Shown: positions 49,832 through 59,870, counted from the first letter of the stretch. The stretch is DNA of 64,000 bases from an uncultured Acidobacteriota bacterium (GCA_963804995.1 CAWDSK010000001.1:480001-544000), one strand, 5' to 3'. The notes: generated by a model from the letters alone, not told the origin. Program-made: numbers and translations.

Positions 49832-50794
49832 CTACCCGGAGCCGCCGCGCAGTTCCTGAACAATCTGCGCCGCCACCTCGTGCGCCCGTTCCAGGTTAGC
49901 TGGAGGCAACGAAATCGCCGCCACCTTGGCATGACCGCCGCCCCCATAGCGCTCACAGATGCTGGCCAGATTGGCGGTCTTAGGGGCGCTATTCCAGGGG
50001 TTGCTGCCCACGGCGATCTTGATCCGTTCCGCCGATTGGCTTAAACCCACACTATAAAGCGCCCCGGGAAAAAGGTAATATGGAATGAACTTGTTGAAGC
50101 CCTCCATATGTTGGTCCGCGACGTCAAAGAACACGACCCCGTCTTGCAGTTTGGCGCGCCCGCGAATCAATTCGATCGACCGCAAGTGCCGGGCGTAGAG
50201 TTCCTCAAAGGCCTTCCGGATATGGGGGAGCGCCACAATTTCGCCGAGCGGCTTGGAGAGAAGTTCCGGAATCAACTGGACGCAGAAGTTCGGCTCCAAC
50301 GTCCCCTCAATCACCAAAGTCAATTGCGTAGCCGGTTCGCGCATTTCCACGGCGGTGCGAATGTCCGGATACCGCGCCCCGTCAATCAGGTCCGCCCAAC
50401 GCACCAGATCTTCCAGGTCCGGCGCCTGCAAGCCGAAGCGCGTGCTGGCGATGTGGGAGATAAACTTCGTGCAGGAGTGGAAGTCCGGCCCGTAGAATTT
50501 CTTCCCGCTGGTGTCATGCCGGAAGTGCTCCGCGTCCGCTTCCGTCAGGAAAGCACTCTGGTGATGATCGAACCACCAGGTCAGGCGGTCGGAGCTGGAG
50601 TACTTGAAATCCACGATGACATTCTCTTTTGCACTGAACAGCCCTTCGTCGAATAACTGTCCCGCGCGGTGCATCAGCCCACGATAGAGGAAGTCACCCT
50701 GAGCATCGACACACTGCCGGTAGAAGCGCGTGAAGACTGCCGCCGAGCACGCTCCGTCGAAACATCGGTCGTGAAAACAAACCAGAACAGACAT
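49832..50794 (-). CDS. DHH/DHHA1-family phosphoesterase
   Basis: H..CFDG, IVDF, WFDHH, C-terminal GGGGH. Confidence 0.85.
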   Translation of the reverse strand: MSVLVCFHDRCFDGACSAAVFTRFYRQCVDAQGDFLYRGLMHRAGQLFDEGLFSAKENVIVDFKYSSSDRLTWWFDHHQSAFLTEADAEHFRHDTSGKKFYGPDFHSCTKFISHIASTRFGLQAPDLEDLVRWADLIDGARYPDIRTAVEMREPATQLTLVIEGTLEPNFCVQLIPELLSKPLGEIVALPHIRKAFEELYARHLRSIELIRGRAKLQDGVVFFDVADQHMEGFNKFIPYYLFPGALYSVGLSQSAERIKIAVGSNPWNSAPKTANLASICERYGGGGHAKVAAISLPPANLERAHEVAAQIVQELRGGSG

Positions 50795-50799
50795 GATAT

Positions 50800-50840
50800 A
50801 AAAAAGCGAGGCTCCCTGCGAACTGGCTCTGGAGCCTCAC
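50800..50840 (-). terminator. Intrinsic terminator-like hairpin immediately before the DHH start codon
   Basis: Minus strand GTGAGGCTCC-loop-GGAGCCTCGC-TTTTTT-ATATC-ATG. Confidence 0.5.
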
Positions 50841-51034
50841 CCTGTGCAGGCGAAAACCCCTTACCTTGCGCTTCCCGCAATAAATTGTCAAGTGGAAATG
50901 CGCGTTGAGGATTGCCTCAGGAAACCCAGGGATGGGGGTCGCGGCCCTTCGATCCATCGAGACGTCACGCCGCTCATCCCTGGAGTGCACACACCCGCCC
51001 CAGGACCGGAACCTGCGGGGATGCGGAAAGCCGT

Positions 51035-51508
51035 TTAGCGGGAAGCCTGCTCCTCAGCCAGCTTGCCGATGACGGGCAGCATGAACTTTTCGTTGTTGTA
51101 AGCCTTGTACATCGTGAAAAGCACAAGCACGAACATTCCCAGCCCCAACAACGGGAAGAGTATCAGCCCCACCAACCAGCCCACAAAGGGGATCATCGCA
51201 AATATTCCCAGAGCAAAGAAGAGCACGAACGCTCCCGCCGCCAGAAACAGGCATTGAAAAGCGTGGAACCTCACGAACTTATCCCGATTATAGGGAGCAG
51301 CGACCAAAAATATGATCGCGGGGATTATGGTGAAGTATGCCAAGGCACCCGCCATGTTCGACGTGAGCCCACTGGAGGCCTGGGTGCTGTTGCCGGGGGC
51401 GGAGGGTGTCGGTGCGCTTCCTGCTGCCGCACCCACTGCCGCGCCGCACGAGCCACAGAAAGTCGTCCCCTCGGCCATTTGTGCACCACACTTCGCACAG
51501 AACGCCAT
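51035..51508 (-). CDS. Zinc-ribbon plus DUF4870-like membrane protein
   Basis: MAFCAKCG..FCGSCG; GL..N.AGALAY, FVRFHAFQ, KAY....LPVIGKLAE. Confidence 0.85.
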   Translation of the reverse strand: MAFCAKCGAQMAEGTTFCGSCGAAVGAAAGSAPTPSAPGNSTQASSGLTSNMAGALAYFTIIPAIIFLVAAPYNRDKFVRFHAFQCLFLAAGAFVLFFALGIFAMIPFVGWLVGLILFPLLGLGMFVLVLFTMYKAYNNEKFMLPVIGKLAEEQASR

Positions 51509-51671
51509 GTCTACATCTCCTTTCGCGGAACGTAGGAGTCTCAAGCCTGGTTCTCAAGAACCGTCCCGGCCCCTCACTCCCGACCCAATTTTCCGCTATC
51601 TATAAGGAAGCTAGTCACAACCGACAGGCGTGCTATTGGTACCATAAAGGCGTCGGTGAAACAAGGGGAAT

Positions 51672-53147
51672 TCAGGGAATGCGTTTGACCCGCAAGGCGA
51701 TGTCCACCGTATGCTCAGGGGTGCGGAAATCCTTTTTCCCGCCTTGGTGCGTGAACGTGTTGCTCTTGATGACCGAGCCCGAGGCGGGGTCGACCCAATC
51801 TTCCCGGTAGGTTCCTCCCGGAAGATCCAGGACCAGGGTTTCATGATAATGCCCCGGGTTCACAAGATAGTACATCTGGTCGTGTTCGAGTTCGCTATGG
51901 TGATGATACAACGCATACTGTTCTCCCGCCTGGCTGAGACCTCGGCAGTAAGCTCCGTGGGGCACGCCGCTGAGCACGAAGCTTTGGTCCGGACGCATCT
52001 TGATGAAGTCGAAGCTGAGCATGAAGTTCTTCAGGTTGCGCAGCGCACCTAGCACCTGGGCGTTATCGGGAGTATTGCCGGCCGGGTCCTCAGCCGTGAA
52101 GCGCGCGTTTAAATGATTAAAGCTTGCGCCCCCTCCCACCATGAACTCCCAGGCTTCCACGCGGGAAGCCGCGACCGGATCGGTATCGTGATACCACCCG
52201 GGGTAATAGGCGGTTTCGTTCAGTTCAATCGGCTTGTTGGTGCCGTACTTATAATCCAGACCTTCCATCCCTCCCATCTGATCGCTATCCGCATCGCCGC
52301 CCCAAATGTACTGCCCAACAATAACGGACGCCAGGGGACTTGCCGAGAAATCCACCGGACCGGCGAGTGGACCCTCCACCTCCTGCGCCACCAAGTGCTT
52401 CTTGGGCAGCTTCTGTTCCGTATCATGGATAACCTGCAACAGGTGACCTACCCACGGGCCCGCGTCCGCATGCGAAGTGAAGTTGGACGGCTCGTCGCAA
52501 ATTTCCAGAATGACGTTGTCATACCCATTCACTTCCTGGGTGATCTTGCTGACGTACTCGCTTTGGCGCCGGACGAGGTCCGCGTGGCGCAGCGTCTGGA
52601 AGTCCTCGTAATCGCAATGGCCCACGCCCTGGATGTTGTTTTCGTAATACAGGGGAGAAATAGGCCAATTCACGACGTACTCCGAGTTGAAGAAACAGAT
52701 CTCCACCACAATGCCGCGCTCCGCCGCCTTGGAAATGAAGTCCTTCAGGCGCACGAAATATTCCGGATCCCACTTGTCCAGGTCGAACTTGTTTCCACCA
52801 TAGACATGGCCGGGCACGTTGCTGCGCGCCCAGGGCACGATGGTCCTTGCCGGCTTCGGCCCCAGAGGGTTGCCTTTCACATACTCGTCCACCAATTCGA
52901 GCACCGCACCCGCATAGGGGCGCGTGTAGTTCATTCCATACGCTTTTAGCGCATCCAGATACTTGACGTAGTCGAAGTCCAGATTGACCACCGCGCCGTA
53001 GTGCTCAGCCGAGGTGATCAGGACGGTGGGCTGCCCATTAAATAGGTAATAGTGCGGATTGGCCGGATGGAGTCTGATCGGCTCAGCCAGGCCTGGGATC
53101 ACGAAAAGAAGCCATACGAGACCCAGAAAAACCGTTCGCTTCGACAT
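51672..53147 (-). CDS. Exported glycoside-hydrolase-like TIM-barrel protein (clan GH-A-like)
   Basis: Signal peptide MSKRTVFLGLVWLLFVIPGLA; PIRLHP.NPHY, FDLDKWDPEYF.RL, ILEICDEP, KPI..NET; C-terminal beta domain WVDPASG. Confidence 0.7.
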   Translation of the reverse strand: MSKRTVFLGLVWLLFVIPGLAEPIRLHPANPHYYLFNGQPTVLITSAEHYGAVVNLDFDYVKYLDALKAYGMNYTRPYAGAVLELVDEYVKGNPLGPKPARTIVPWARSNVPGHVYGGNKFDLDKWDPEYFVRLKDFISKAAERGIVVEICFFNSEYVVNWPISPLYYENNIQGVGHCDYEDFQTLRHADLVRRQSEYVSKITQEVNGYDNVILEICDEPSNFTSHADAGPWVGHLLQVIHDTEQKLPKKHLVAQEVEGPLAGPVDFSASPLASVIVGQYIWGGDADSDQMGGMEGLDYKYGTNKPIELNETAYYPGWYHDTDPVAASRVEAWEFMVGGGASFNHLNARFTAEDPAGNTPDNAQVLGALRNLKNFMLSFDFIKMRPDQSFVLSGVPHGAYCRGLSQAGEQYALYHHHSELEHDQMYYLVNPGHYHETLVLDLPGGTYREDWVDPASGSVIKSNTFTHQGGKKDFRTPEHTVDIALRVKRIP

Positions 53148-53252
53148 GTCACAAACCTCCTCGGTTTCCGCGTGGCGGAACACGAACAAATCATATATTG
53201 GCGCGACGCGGTACACCAGCCTATAAGGGGCGCATCGCCACTTGTCTTTCCT

Positions 53253-53345
53253 GCTCGTCACTGGTCACTGGTCACTCGCCACTGTCCTTTATGACTCTCC
53301 TGTCCCCTGTTCCCTATTCCCTGTTCCCTGCTCTTTGTTCCCTGT
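53253..53345. repeat. Heptamer tandem block (GTCACTG/CCCTGTT), direct copy 1
   Basis: Shares CACTCGCCACTGTCCTTTATGAC and CCCTGTTCCCTATTCCCTGTTCCCTGC-like blocks with 57944-58030. Confidence 0.8.
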
Positions 53346-53504
53346 CCCCTGTTCTTTGTCCCCTATTCCAGGTTCCCTGGCTGGCGCAGAGTGAAACTCT
53401 GCGACTGGAGTTTCTACATTTAGGTCTGGCAAAGTAAGATTTCTATTGACAGACCTCCCTGATTTCCGTTACCTTCCTCCTGAGTCCTGGCTCCGGAGGT
53501 TAAC

Positions 53505-53840
53505 TTGCCTGACGATCTCAAGGATTCCATTCTTTCGATATTCGAGGCCTCACTGGATGCCCAGTTGCGGGCGGTTCGCCGTCTCCGCGGCGGTTCCCCA
53601 GCCCCCGCCCCGAGGCCGCGCCGCACAGGTCTGTCCCAAGTGGACATGGCGTACGACATACTCAAGAAGGCCCGTACCCCCTTGCACATTTCCGAACTCC
53701 TGGCGCGCCTCCGCGCCGCCTTCCACGTCACCGTCGATCGCGAGAGCCTGGTCTCTTCGCTGACCAAAAAAGTCGCCCGCGGCGATCGCTTCCTGCGTAC
53801 CGGGAAGAACACTTTCGGCTTACGTCCGGAGGCCCGATGA
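53505..53840 (+). CDS. IS accessory winged-helix protein
   Basis: SQVDMAYDILKKARTPLHISELL.......DRESLVSSLTKK....RF.RTG.NTFGL; ATGA-coupled to the transposase. Confidence 0.8.
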   Translation: MPDDLKDSILSIFEASLDAQLRAVRRLRGGSPAPAPRPRRTGLSQVDMAYDILKKARTPLHISELLARLRAAFHVTVDRESLVSSLTKKVARGDRFLRTGKNTFGLRPEAR

Positions 53841-55216
53841 CTCTGTTCGCCGCCTGGTCGGAGATCGTGGCGGACTGGGCCCCCACTTTTCCCCAGCAGC
53901 GCACCCTGCAGCGCGCCGTGCGCCAGGCCCTGGGCGCCTTGGTCTGCGTGGGTCGACGCTGTCTTTCGCGTATCCTCTGGACCCAGGGCCGCCAGCAGCG
54001 CAGTTGGTCGAGCGAATACTTTCTCCACTCGCGTTGTCACTGGGAACCGCAGACGTTGTTTGCCGGCGTCTGGCGCCGCGCCTTGCCCTATTGTCCCGGC
54101 CGCCTGGTGGGCGTGGCCGTCGACGACACCCGCCTGCGCAAGACCGGCCGCGCCATTCCCCAGGCGCGTTATCACCGCGATCCCCTCTCGCCCCCCTTTC
54201 ATGTCAACCTCCTGCGCGGCGTGCGCTTTCTGCAAGCTTCCCTGCTGCTGCCCCTGCATCGGCACGCCCCCGCCAGCTGCCGCGCTCTGCCCGTGCGCTT
54301 TGAAGAGGCGGCGCCGCTGAAAAAGCCCTCCCGCAAGGCGAAAGAGGAAGCCTGGCAGGAATATAAAAGGATGCGCAAGCTCCACAACCTCTCGCAGCGT
54401 TTTGTGCAGAGCGTGGCCCCCTTGCGCCAGGCGCTGGATGCGGCCGGGGGTGGGGCCAAGCTGCTGGTGCTGGCTCTGGATGGCAGCTTCTGCAACCGCA
54501 CCTGTCTGCGCGCCCCCCGCGATCGCACCGAGTTGATCGCCCGCGCCCGCAAGGATGCGCGCCTCGGCTTTCGCGCTCCCCAGCCTTCTCGCCGCTTTTA
54601 CGCCCTCTCCACCTTTACCCCCGAACAGGTCCGGCAGGACGAGTCCCACCTCTGGCAGCAAACCAAGCTCTTCTACGGAGGCAAGCGCCGCCGCCTCCGT
54701 TATAAAGAGGTGTCGCAAGTCTACTGGCGTCGGGGCGCCGGCCAGATCCCCCTGCGGCTCTTCGTCGTGGCTCCTACCCCCTATCGCAAACGGAAGAGCT
54801 CCAGACTCTACTACCGTCAACCGGCCTACCTGCTGACCACCGACCTGCGGCACTCTGCCCCTCAGTTGCTGCAAATCTACTTCGACCGCTGGCAGATCGA
54901 AGTCAACCACCGCGACGAGAAGGAGACGCTGGGTGTCGGACAAGCCCAGTTATGGAACGTTAACGCCGTGCCCAAGCAACCTGCCCTGGTCGTGGCCGCC
55001 TACAGCGCGCTGCTCCTGGCTTCTCTCCAAGCCTTCGGCACCGAGCGTGGCACGGCCTATCAGGCTCTGCCCCGGTGGCGACGCAAGGCCCACCGCCCTT
55101 CCTGCCTCAACCTCGTCACCCTGCTGCGCCAAGAAATGGTCGACCACCCGGAATGTCCCCAATCTCTGGGCTTCCAACTCACCGACCGCGCCCTCACCCA
55201 CGCCGCTGATGCATAA
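53837..55216 (+). CDS. DDE transposase (IS701/IS4-like)
   Basis: VAVDDTRLRKTG, ALDGSF, YLLTTD, Y..RWQIEV.HRD.K..LGVG. Confidence 0.9.
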   Translation: MTLFAAWSEIVADWAPTFPQQRTLQRAVRQALGALVCVGRRCLSRILWTQGRQQRSWSSEYFLHSRCHWEPQTLFAGVWRRALPYCPGRLVGVAVDDTRLRKTGRAIPQARYHRDPLSPPFHVNLLRGVRFLQASLLLPLHRHAPASCRALPVRFEEAAPLKKPSRKAKEEAWQEYKRMRKLHNLSQRFVQSVAPLRQALDAAGGGAKLLVLALDGSFCNRTCLRAPRDRTELIARARKDARLGFRAPQPSRRFYALSTFTPEQVRQDESHLWQQTKLFYGGKRRRLRYKEVSQVYWRRGAGQIPLRLFVVAPTPYRKRKSSRLYYRQPAYLLTTDLRHSAPQLLQIYFDRWQIEVNHRDEKETLGVGQAQLWNVNAVPKQPALVVAAYSALLLASLQAFGTERGTAYQALPRWRRKAHRPSCLNLVTLLRQEMVDHPECPQSLGFQLTDRALTHAADA

Positions 55217-55325
55217 TAAATGTAGAAACTCCAGGCGCAGAGTGAAACTCTGCGATATGGTGAGCGTTACGGATAAGTCGCAGTGCCGCGCTCTGCACTA
55301 GGCGGCCAGGAGAGGAGAAAACGCA

Positions 55326-57581
55326 ATGCAAGATCCGGACTCAAACGAGAAGCTTGCTGGCGAGTCGCTCGACCGCAGAAGTTTTCTGACCGCGACCGGA
55401 AGCGTGCTGGCTTCCCTGGGAGCCTGGGATCGGATGGCCACCGCCAGACCGCGGCCGGGGGAGGGTTTACTCCCCCCGGACATGGAGGTGATCGAGACAC
55501 CGATCTGCCGCCTGCACCTGGACCGGCGGAACGGGAATCTGGTGGGTATAGGCTGGAAGAATCCCACCCTGGAGGTCATCGCGGAACCTCGCCTCGGCGA
55601 GAATTTCCGGCTCTTGTTTCCGCGGCCGGGTTACGAGGCCAACTACTTCACGAGCAGCGAGCAGCAGGTGAGCCGGATAGACCGGACGGGCGAGGGTGTG
55701 ACCTGCGTGTATGAGAACCTGCGCAACGCGCGCGAGACCCTGGACGTCAAGGTGCGCTATCACATTCGCGCCGTGGGCGAGAGTCTGGAGTTTCTGTTGG
55801 AGGTTGCGAACCCCACCGACCTGCCTCTGGCCGAGGTTTTCTTTGCCATCATCGGCGGGCAACAGGGATTGGGCATTCGCCACGACACTGAGTCCCTGGT
55901 GCCGGGACGGAATTCCAATCTCGCCCCGAAGGTCTTTACAGAATTCAGCCCGGGCGAGTATGGCGGAGGGAATTTGGGCATTCGATACGATGCCACAGGG
56001 TTCTTCTACCCCAATTATTCCGGGATGCAAATGGGATGGATCGAGTTCTTCAACCGGAAGGCCAACCTGGGGCTCTATTATGCGAACTGCGACCCGGTAT
56101 CACGGCTGACGGGGCTTTACTTTGAGCTTCGTCCTTTCAGTAAGAGCGCGGTGGTGGGGGATAACTGGCCGACGCCCGCGGATGTGCCGCCCGGGGAACC
56201 CATCGGACTGACGATGGGCTGGCTGAAGTTTCCGTATTTGAAGCGAGGCACGTTCAATTCGGGTCCCGTGGCCCTGCGGGTTCACGCCGGTGACTGGCAT
56301 GAAGGCAGTGATATCTACCGCGCCTGGTTCGACCAGCACTTCCAGGTCAAGCGCCCGCCCACCTGGCTGCGCAAGGAAATGGCCTGGCAATCCGTCATCC
56401 TTTCCAACTGCGAAGATGTGATCAACTGGAAGTTCAAAGACCTGCCGAGGCTGGCGGCGGGTGCAAAGAAATACGGTGTGACGACGTTCGAGATTCAGGG
56501 CTGGGATATGGGGGGGATCGATCGCGGCTACCCGCAGTACCATCCCAATCCACGCTTGGGGACGCCCGAAGATTTCCGCCAGGCGCTGGCCGAGGTGAAG
56601 AAGCTGGGTGTCCACCCTTTGATTTTTACCAACATTCAAGTTGCAGACACCGCGACGCCGCTTTTTAAGGACAGTCTGCATCGCTACGCGGTTCTGGGGA
56701 AGTGGGCTCCGGATTATGTGCTGATGGGCTTCGGTGAGGGGACCACGAGCGCGCGCCTGGGGTTGACGAGCTCGAAAATGGCGCTAGTCAGTCCCGCCCA
56801 TCCGGAATTCCGCAAGTTTCTCGTCGAGCAGTTCGTGCAATTGGCCAGGGATGGCGCTGAGGGGCTCCAAATAGACAAGACGTGCGCCAATAATTTTTTG
56901 GATTTCAACCCGAATCTTCCCACTTCGCCGGACAAGTCCCTCACCGAGGAAGTGTTGTCGACCCTCCAGGAAATCGTGCAGCGCTGTCGTGAGGTGAACC
57001 CGGAGTTTGCCTTGGCATCGGAATTCTTTTGGGACCGGTCCTTTCCGCTTTTGGAAGTGTCCTATATACGCATGAACGACATCGACATGGATTCCCCCGC
57101 CCTGCGCTATACGTTTCCGGAGTGGACGTCGACGATTTGCGCGGAGAGTCCGGGTGACTTCAACATCATCAATAATGGCATGCGGTACGGGCTGGTGTGG
57201 GCCGTTCAGCCGCGCCACTTTATTGACTCCATGGACGAGGCGCTGACTCGGCCGCTCTCCCGGTACGTGCAGGAACTGATCCGCATTCGAAATAAGCACA
57301 AGGAGCTGCTCTTCCACGGTCGATTCCGCGACACGCTAGGAGCAGACGTGAAGGCGGACAAGAATGTGCGCTATTCCGTTTTCGATGGGATGGACAAGCA
57401 CGGGAAGGCCTGCGTGGTGGTGAATTACGGAAACGATGAGGCCAGCGCGGAGGTGACGTGGCCGGGCGGAGAAGGCCGTGCAGTTGAGATTCTGAAGCCT
57501 TTTGCCCCAGACGTCGTGGGGAAGCTGCCGGTCAAAGTCCAGTTGGCGCCACTTACCTGCGCTGTTATAGCGCTGGAATAA
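55326..57581 (+). CDS. Tat-exported putative glycoside hydrolase (DUF6259-like)
   Basis: LDRRSFLT leader; GDWH....YRAW, GW..GG.DRGYP.Y.P.PRLGT, G.EGLQID, LASE. Confidence 0.72.
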   Translation: MQDPDSNEKLAGESLDRRSFLTATGSVLASLGAWDRMATARPRPGEGLLPPDMEVIETPICRLHLDRRNGNLVGIGWKNPTLEVIAEPRLGENFRLLFPRPGYEANYFTSSEQQVSRIDRTGEGVTCVYENLRNARETLDVKVRYHIRAVGESLEFLLEVANPTDLPLAEVFFAIIGGQQGLGIRHDTESLVPGRNSNLAPKVFTEFSPGEYGGGNLGIRYDATGFFYPNYSGMQMGWIEFFNRKANLGLYYANCDPVSRLTGLYFELRPFSKSAVVGDNWPTPADVPPGEPIGLTMGWLKFPYLKRGTFNSGPVALRVHAGDWHEGSDIYRAWFDQHFQVKRPPTWLRKEMAWQSVILSNCEDVINWKFKDLPRLAAGAKKYGVTTFEIQGWDMGGIDRGYPQYHPNPRLGTPEDFRQALAEVKKLGVHPLIFTNIQVADTATPLFKDSLHRYAVLGKWAPDYVLMGFGEGTTSARLGLTSSKMALVSPAHPEFRKFLVEQFVQLARDGAEGLQIDKTCANNFLDFNPNLPTSPDKSLTEEVLSTLQEIVQRCREVNPEFALASEFFWDRSFPLLEVSYIRMNDIDMDSPALRYTFPEWTSTICAESPGDFNIINNGMRYGLVWAVQPRHFIDSMDEALTRPLSRYVQELIRIRNKHKELLFHGRFRDTLGADVKADKNVRYSVFDGMDKHGKACVVVNYGNDEASAEVTWPGGEGRAVEILKPFAPDVVGKLPVKVQLAPLTCAVIALE

Positions 57582-57736
57582 ACTTATCCACCCCGTCAGG
57601 CGGGTCAGGCCGGCTGGCGCAGGGCGAGCCCAGCCCTGCGATTTGGTCGAAACGCCGTCGATAAATCGAGAATACGGGGGGCATGATCGGAAACGTGAAT
57701 CGCAGAGTTGTGCTCTCCGCAAGCCCGCCAAAATCT

Positions 57737-57858
57737 CCGGACTTTTAAGCGGACTTATTTGCGGTCATATTTGTCCTTTAATCAAAATCAACTTAAAGTA
57801 GAATAAGCTTGTTACTAAAGCTTATTAGAGGATATAGAAGCGGACATGGAAGCGGACA
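57737..57858. other. Protein-binding or recombination-site-like array: 3+3 direct repeats at 12-bp period around a 9-7-9 inverted repeat
   Basis: GCGGAC-like units at 57737, 57749, 57761 and 57828, 57840, 57852; AATAAGCTT-GTTACTA-AAGCTTATT at 57802-57826. Confidence 0.6.
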
Positions 57859-57943
57859 TAAAGGTGCCGGAAGACCATCGCAGAGTCTCATGCTTTCCGA
57901 GACTCTTTTCGTTTCTTGGGCGCGCCTTCCTCTTGCATTTATC

Positions 57944-58030
57944 GCTGGTCACTCGTCACTGGCCACTCGCCACTGTCCTTTATGACCTTCTCTTTTCCCT
58001 GTTCCCTATTCCCTATTCCCTGTTCCCTGC
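57944..58030. repeat. Heptamer tandem block, direct copy 2
   Basis: Matches 53253-53345; followed by a CGCAGAGTGT...ACACTCTGCG hairpin at about 58077-58105. Confidence 0.8.
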
Positions 58031-58212
58031 CTTTGGGTGTGTTAATAATACAGTGCATGTTTATCAGATTAAGAACCGCAGAGTGTGAAAGGCGTACACT
58101 CTGCGCTACCTACCTGCTTGGGTATCGGGCACGAGAAAAGACCACGGAAAGCACGGGACTGACCATGGCTGCTCTACCCAGTTGACCCACCTCGTGGTAA
58201 CATTCGCGGACT

Positions 58213-58891
58213 ATGCGAGCTCCCGAATCTTATGTCCATTGGATGAACGAAAATATTGGTTTTAACCCAAGGGCACAGCAAAACTCCAACGCTCTGTCGG
58301 AGTTCGTCGTTGCTGACCTCCTTGCCTCTTGTCCCGCGATACGGAGCGCAATCCAGTCTGAAGCCCTAACGCCCAGGAAGAACTCCGAAGTCAATACGGC
58401 CAGCGCAGTCAGGACGGTGGACCTGGTTTTGTTTGAGAAGCTCAAGCTTCCCCTCATTTCTGTGTGCATCTCAGTGGAAAACAAAACGATTATGACGGCC
58501 CACAGAAAGGCGAGGAAGAACAGGTACGGAGACATCATTGCGTATTCGAACCACATGCACAACCACCGGCGCGATCGTGGTTGTCAACGTCTCGCCGAAG
58601 TATGAGAACCCGGACGAATTTGCCAAGGGGCTGGTGCGGCCGAAATTCGATATGGAAAAGATCGTCAAGGACACCATCAAAATCTTCGCCAGAATCCCAC
58701 TGAGAAATGACCCTGGAGATCCCAGCGACCAGCCAGAGGCCCTGGCGGCAATCGTGGTTGATTACGACGGGGTGTCGGCAGCAAGACTCGTAAAGGGATC
58801 ACTGGCCCCTCAGCTTGGCGACAGCATCCATTACGAGAGTTTTGTTGAAAGGATTGGAAGTCTGTACGAACGCCGATTCAGCGGACGATAA
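58213..58891 (+). pseudogene. Putative type II restriction endonuclease, frameshifted near 58570
   Basis: VDLV...ISVENKTIMTAH.KARKNR D-ExK-like motif; continues in ORF 58538-58891 as GAIVVVNVS; convergent with a DNA methyltransferase. Confidence 0.6.
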
Positions 58892-59870
58892 TGGAAGGCC
58901 GATCCTGATCGAAAAGTGAAGTCAGTTCCTTCTCCAGCCTTGTTTTTGCCATTTTCACGTAGGAAGGGTCGATCTCGACTCCGATGCCGTTCCGGCCACA
59001 TTTGGCAGCGGCCAACAGCGTAGTTCCTGTGCCCATAAAGGGATCAAGAATCGTATCGCCAACAAAAGAGAACATCCTCACCAGACGGTGAGCTAATTCC
59101 TCGGGATACGGCGCGGGGTGATACCTCGTAGATTCCCCCGTCAAGCCGTTCCAGACCTGTTGAAACCATTGCTGGTATTCTTCCTTGGTCAGCTTCGAAG
59201 CTTCGCGCTGTTCGTCAGTCGGCTGGCGATAGCCCCCAGGCTTCCTGAGCATCAGGATAAATTCCACGTCGTTCTTGATGATGGCGTTCGGCTCGTAGGG
59301 CTTTCCCAAGAAGCTGGAACCGTTTTCAACCTCGTAGTTGGCATTGGCGATCTTGTACCAAAAAATAGGGCTGAGGTTATCGAAGCCGATCTTCCGAGCC
59401 CTAACCACAATGTCAGCGTGCAGGGGCATTACTGAGTGCTTGCCGTGGCGACGACGGGACAGGCAAACATCACCCACTACGCAGACAAGGCGACCTCCGG
59501 GGACTAGAACTCGAAAAGCATGAGCCCACACTTTGTCGAGCTCATCGTGAAAAGCGTCATAATCTTCTATATGCCCAAGCTGGCTTTTGTGGTGAGGGTA
59601 CTCCTTAAGTGTCCAGTAAGGAGGAGAGGTAAGGACCAGATGGACAGACCCCGGCGGAATCCAGTCCATTTCCCTCGAATCACCGCAACTCAATGTCAGA
59701 TTGATTTTGGTGAGCGTGGCTTGCATCAAGCCAGATTGTAACAGAGTTGACCCAGCTCGCAAAGGAGGCGGATCGCACCCAATCGTTTCCGTCTTGCGCG
59801 AGATGGGTGGGATTGCCATCGAGTTAGTGACTTCTAAGTTTCCTAGCTTCAGTTGTTCCAACATCAACAA
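58878..59870 (-). CDS. Beta-class N4/N6 DNA methyltransferase, probably m4C
   Basis: VHLVLTSPPYW precedes HPAPYP and ILDPFMGTGTT, GVEID; the real start may lie further downstream. Confidence 0.93.
   Translation of the reverse strand: MLMLEQLKLGNLEVTNSMAIPPISRKTETIGCDPPPLRAGSTLLQSGLMQATLTKINLTLSCGDSREMDWIPPGSVHLVLTSPPYWTLKEYPHHKSQLGHIEDYDAFHDELDKVWAHAFRVLVPGGRLVCVVGDVCLSRRRHGKHSVMPLHADIVVRARKIGFDNLSPIFWYKIANANYEVENGSSFLGKPYEPNAIIKNDVEFILMLRKPGGYRQPTDEQREASKLTKEEYQQWFQQVWNGLTGESTRYHPAPYPEELAHRLVRMFSFVGDTILDPFMGTGTTLLAAAKCGRNGIGVEIDPSYVKMAKTRLEKELTSLFDQDRPSIIVR

Larger units (their letters stand above)
53405..55234 (+). mobile_element. IS701/IS4-like element (1830 bp) with 21-bp target duplication
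   Basis: Perfect 18-bp IRs CTGGAGTTTCTACATTTA / TAAATGTAGAAACTCCAG; direct repeats GCGCAGAGTGAAACTCTGCGA at 53384-53404 and 55235-55255. Confidence 0.92.

Noticed and set aside
53420..54943. 507-aa minus-strand ORF
   Set aside because: Antisense shadow of the GC-rich transposase
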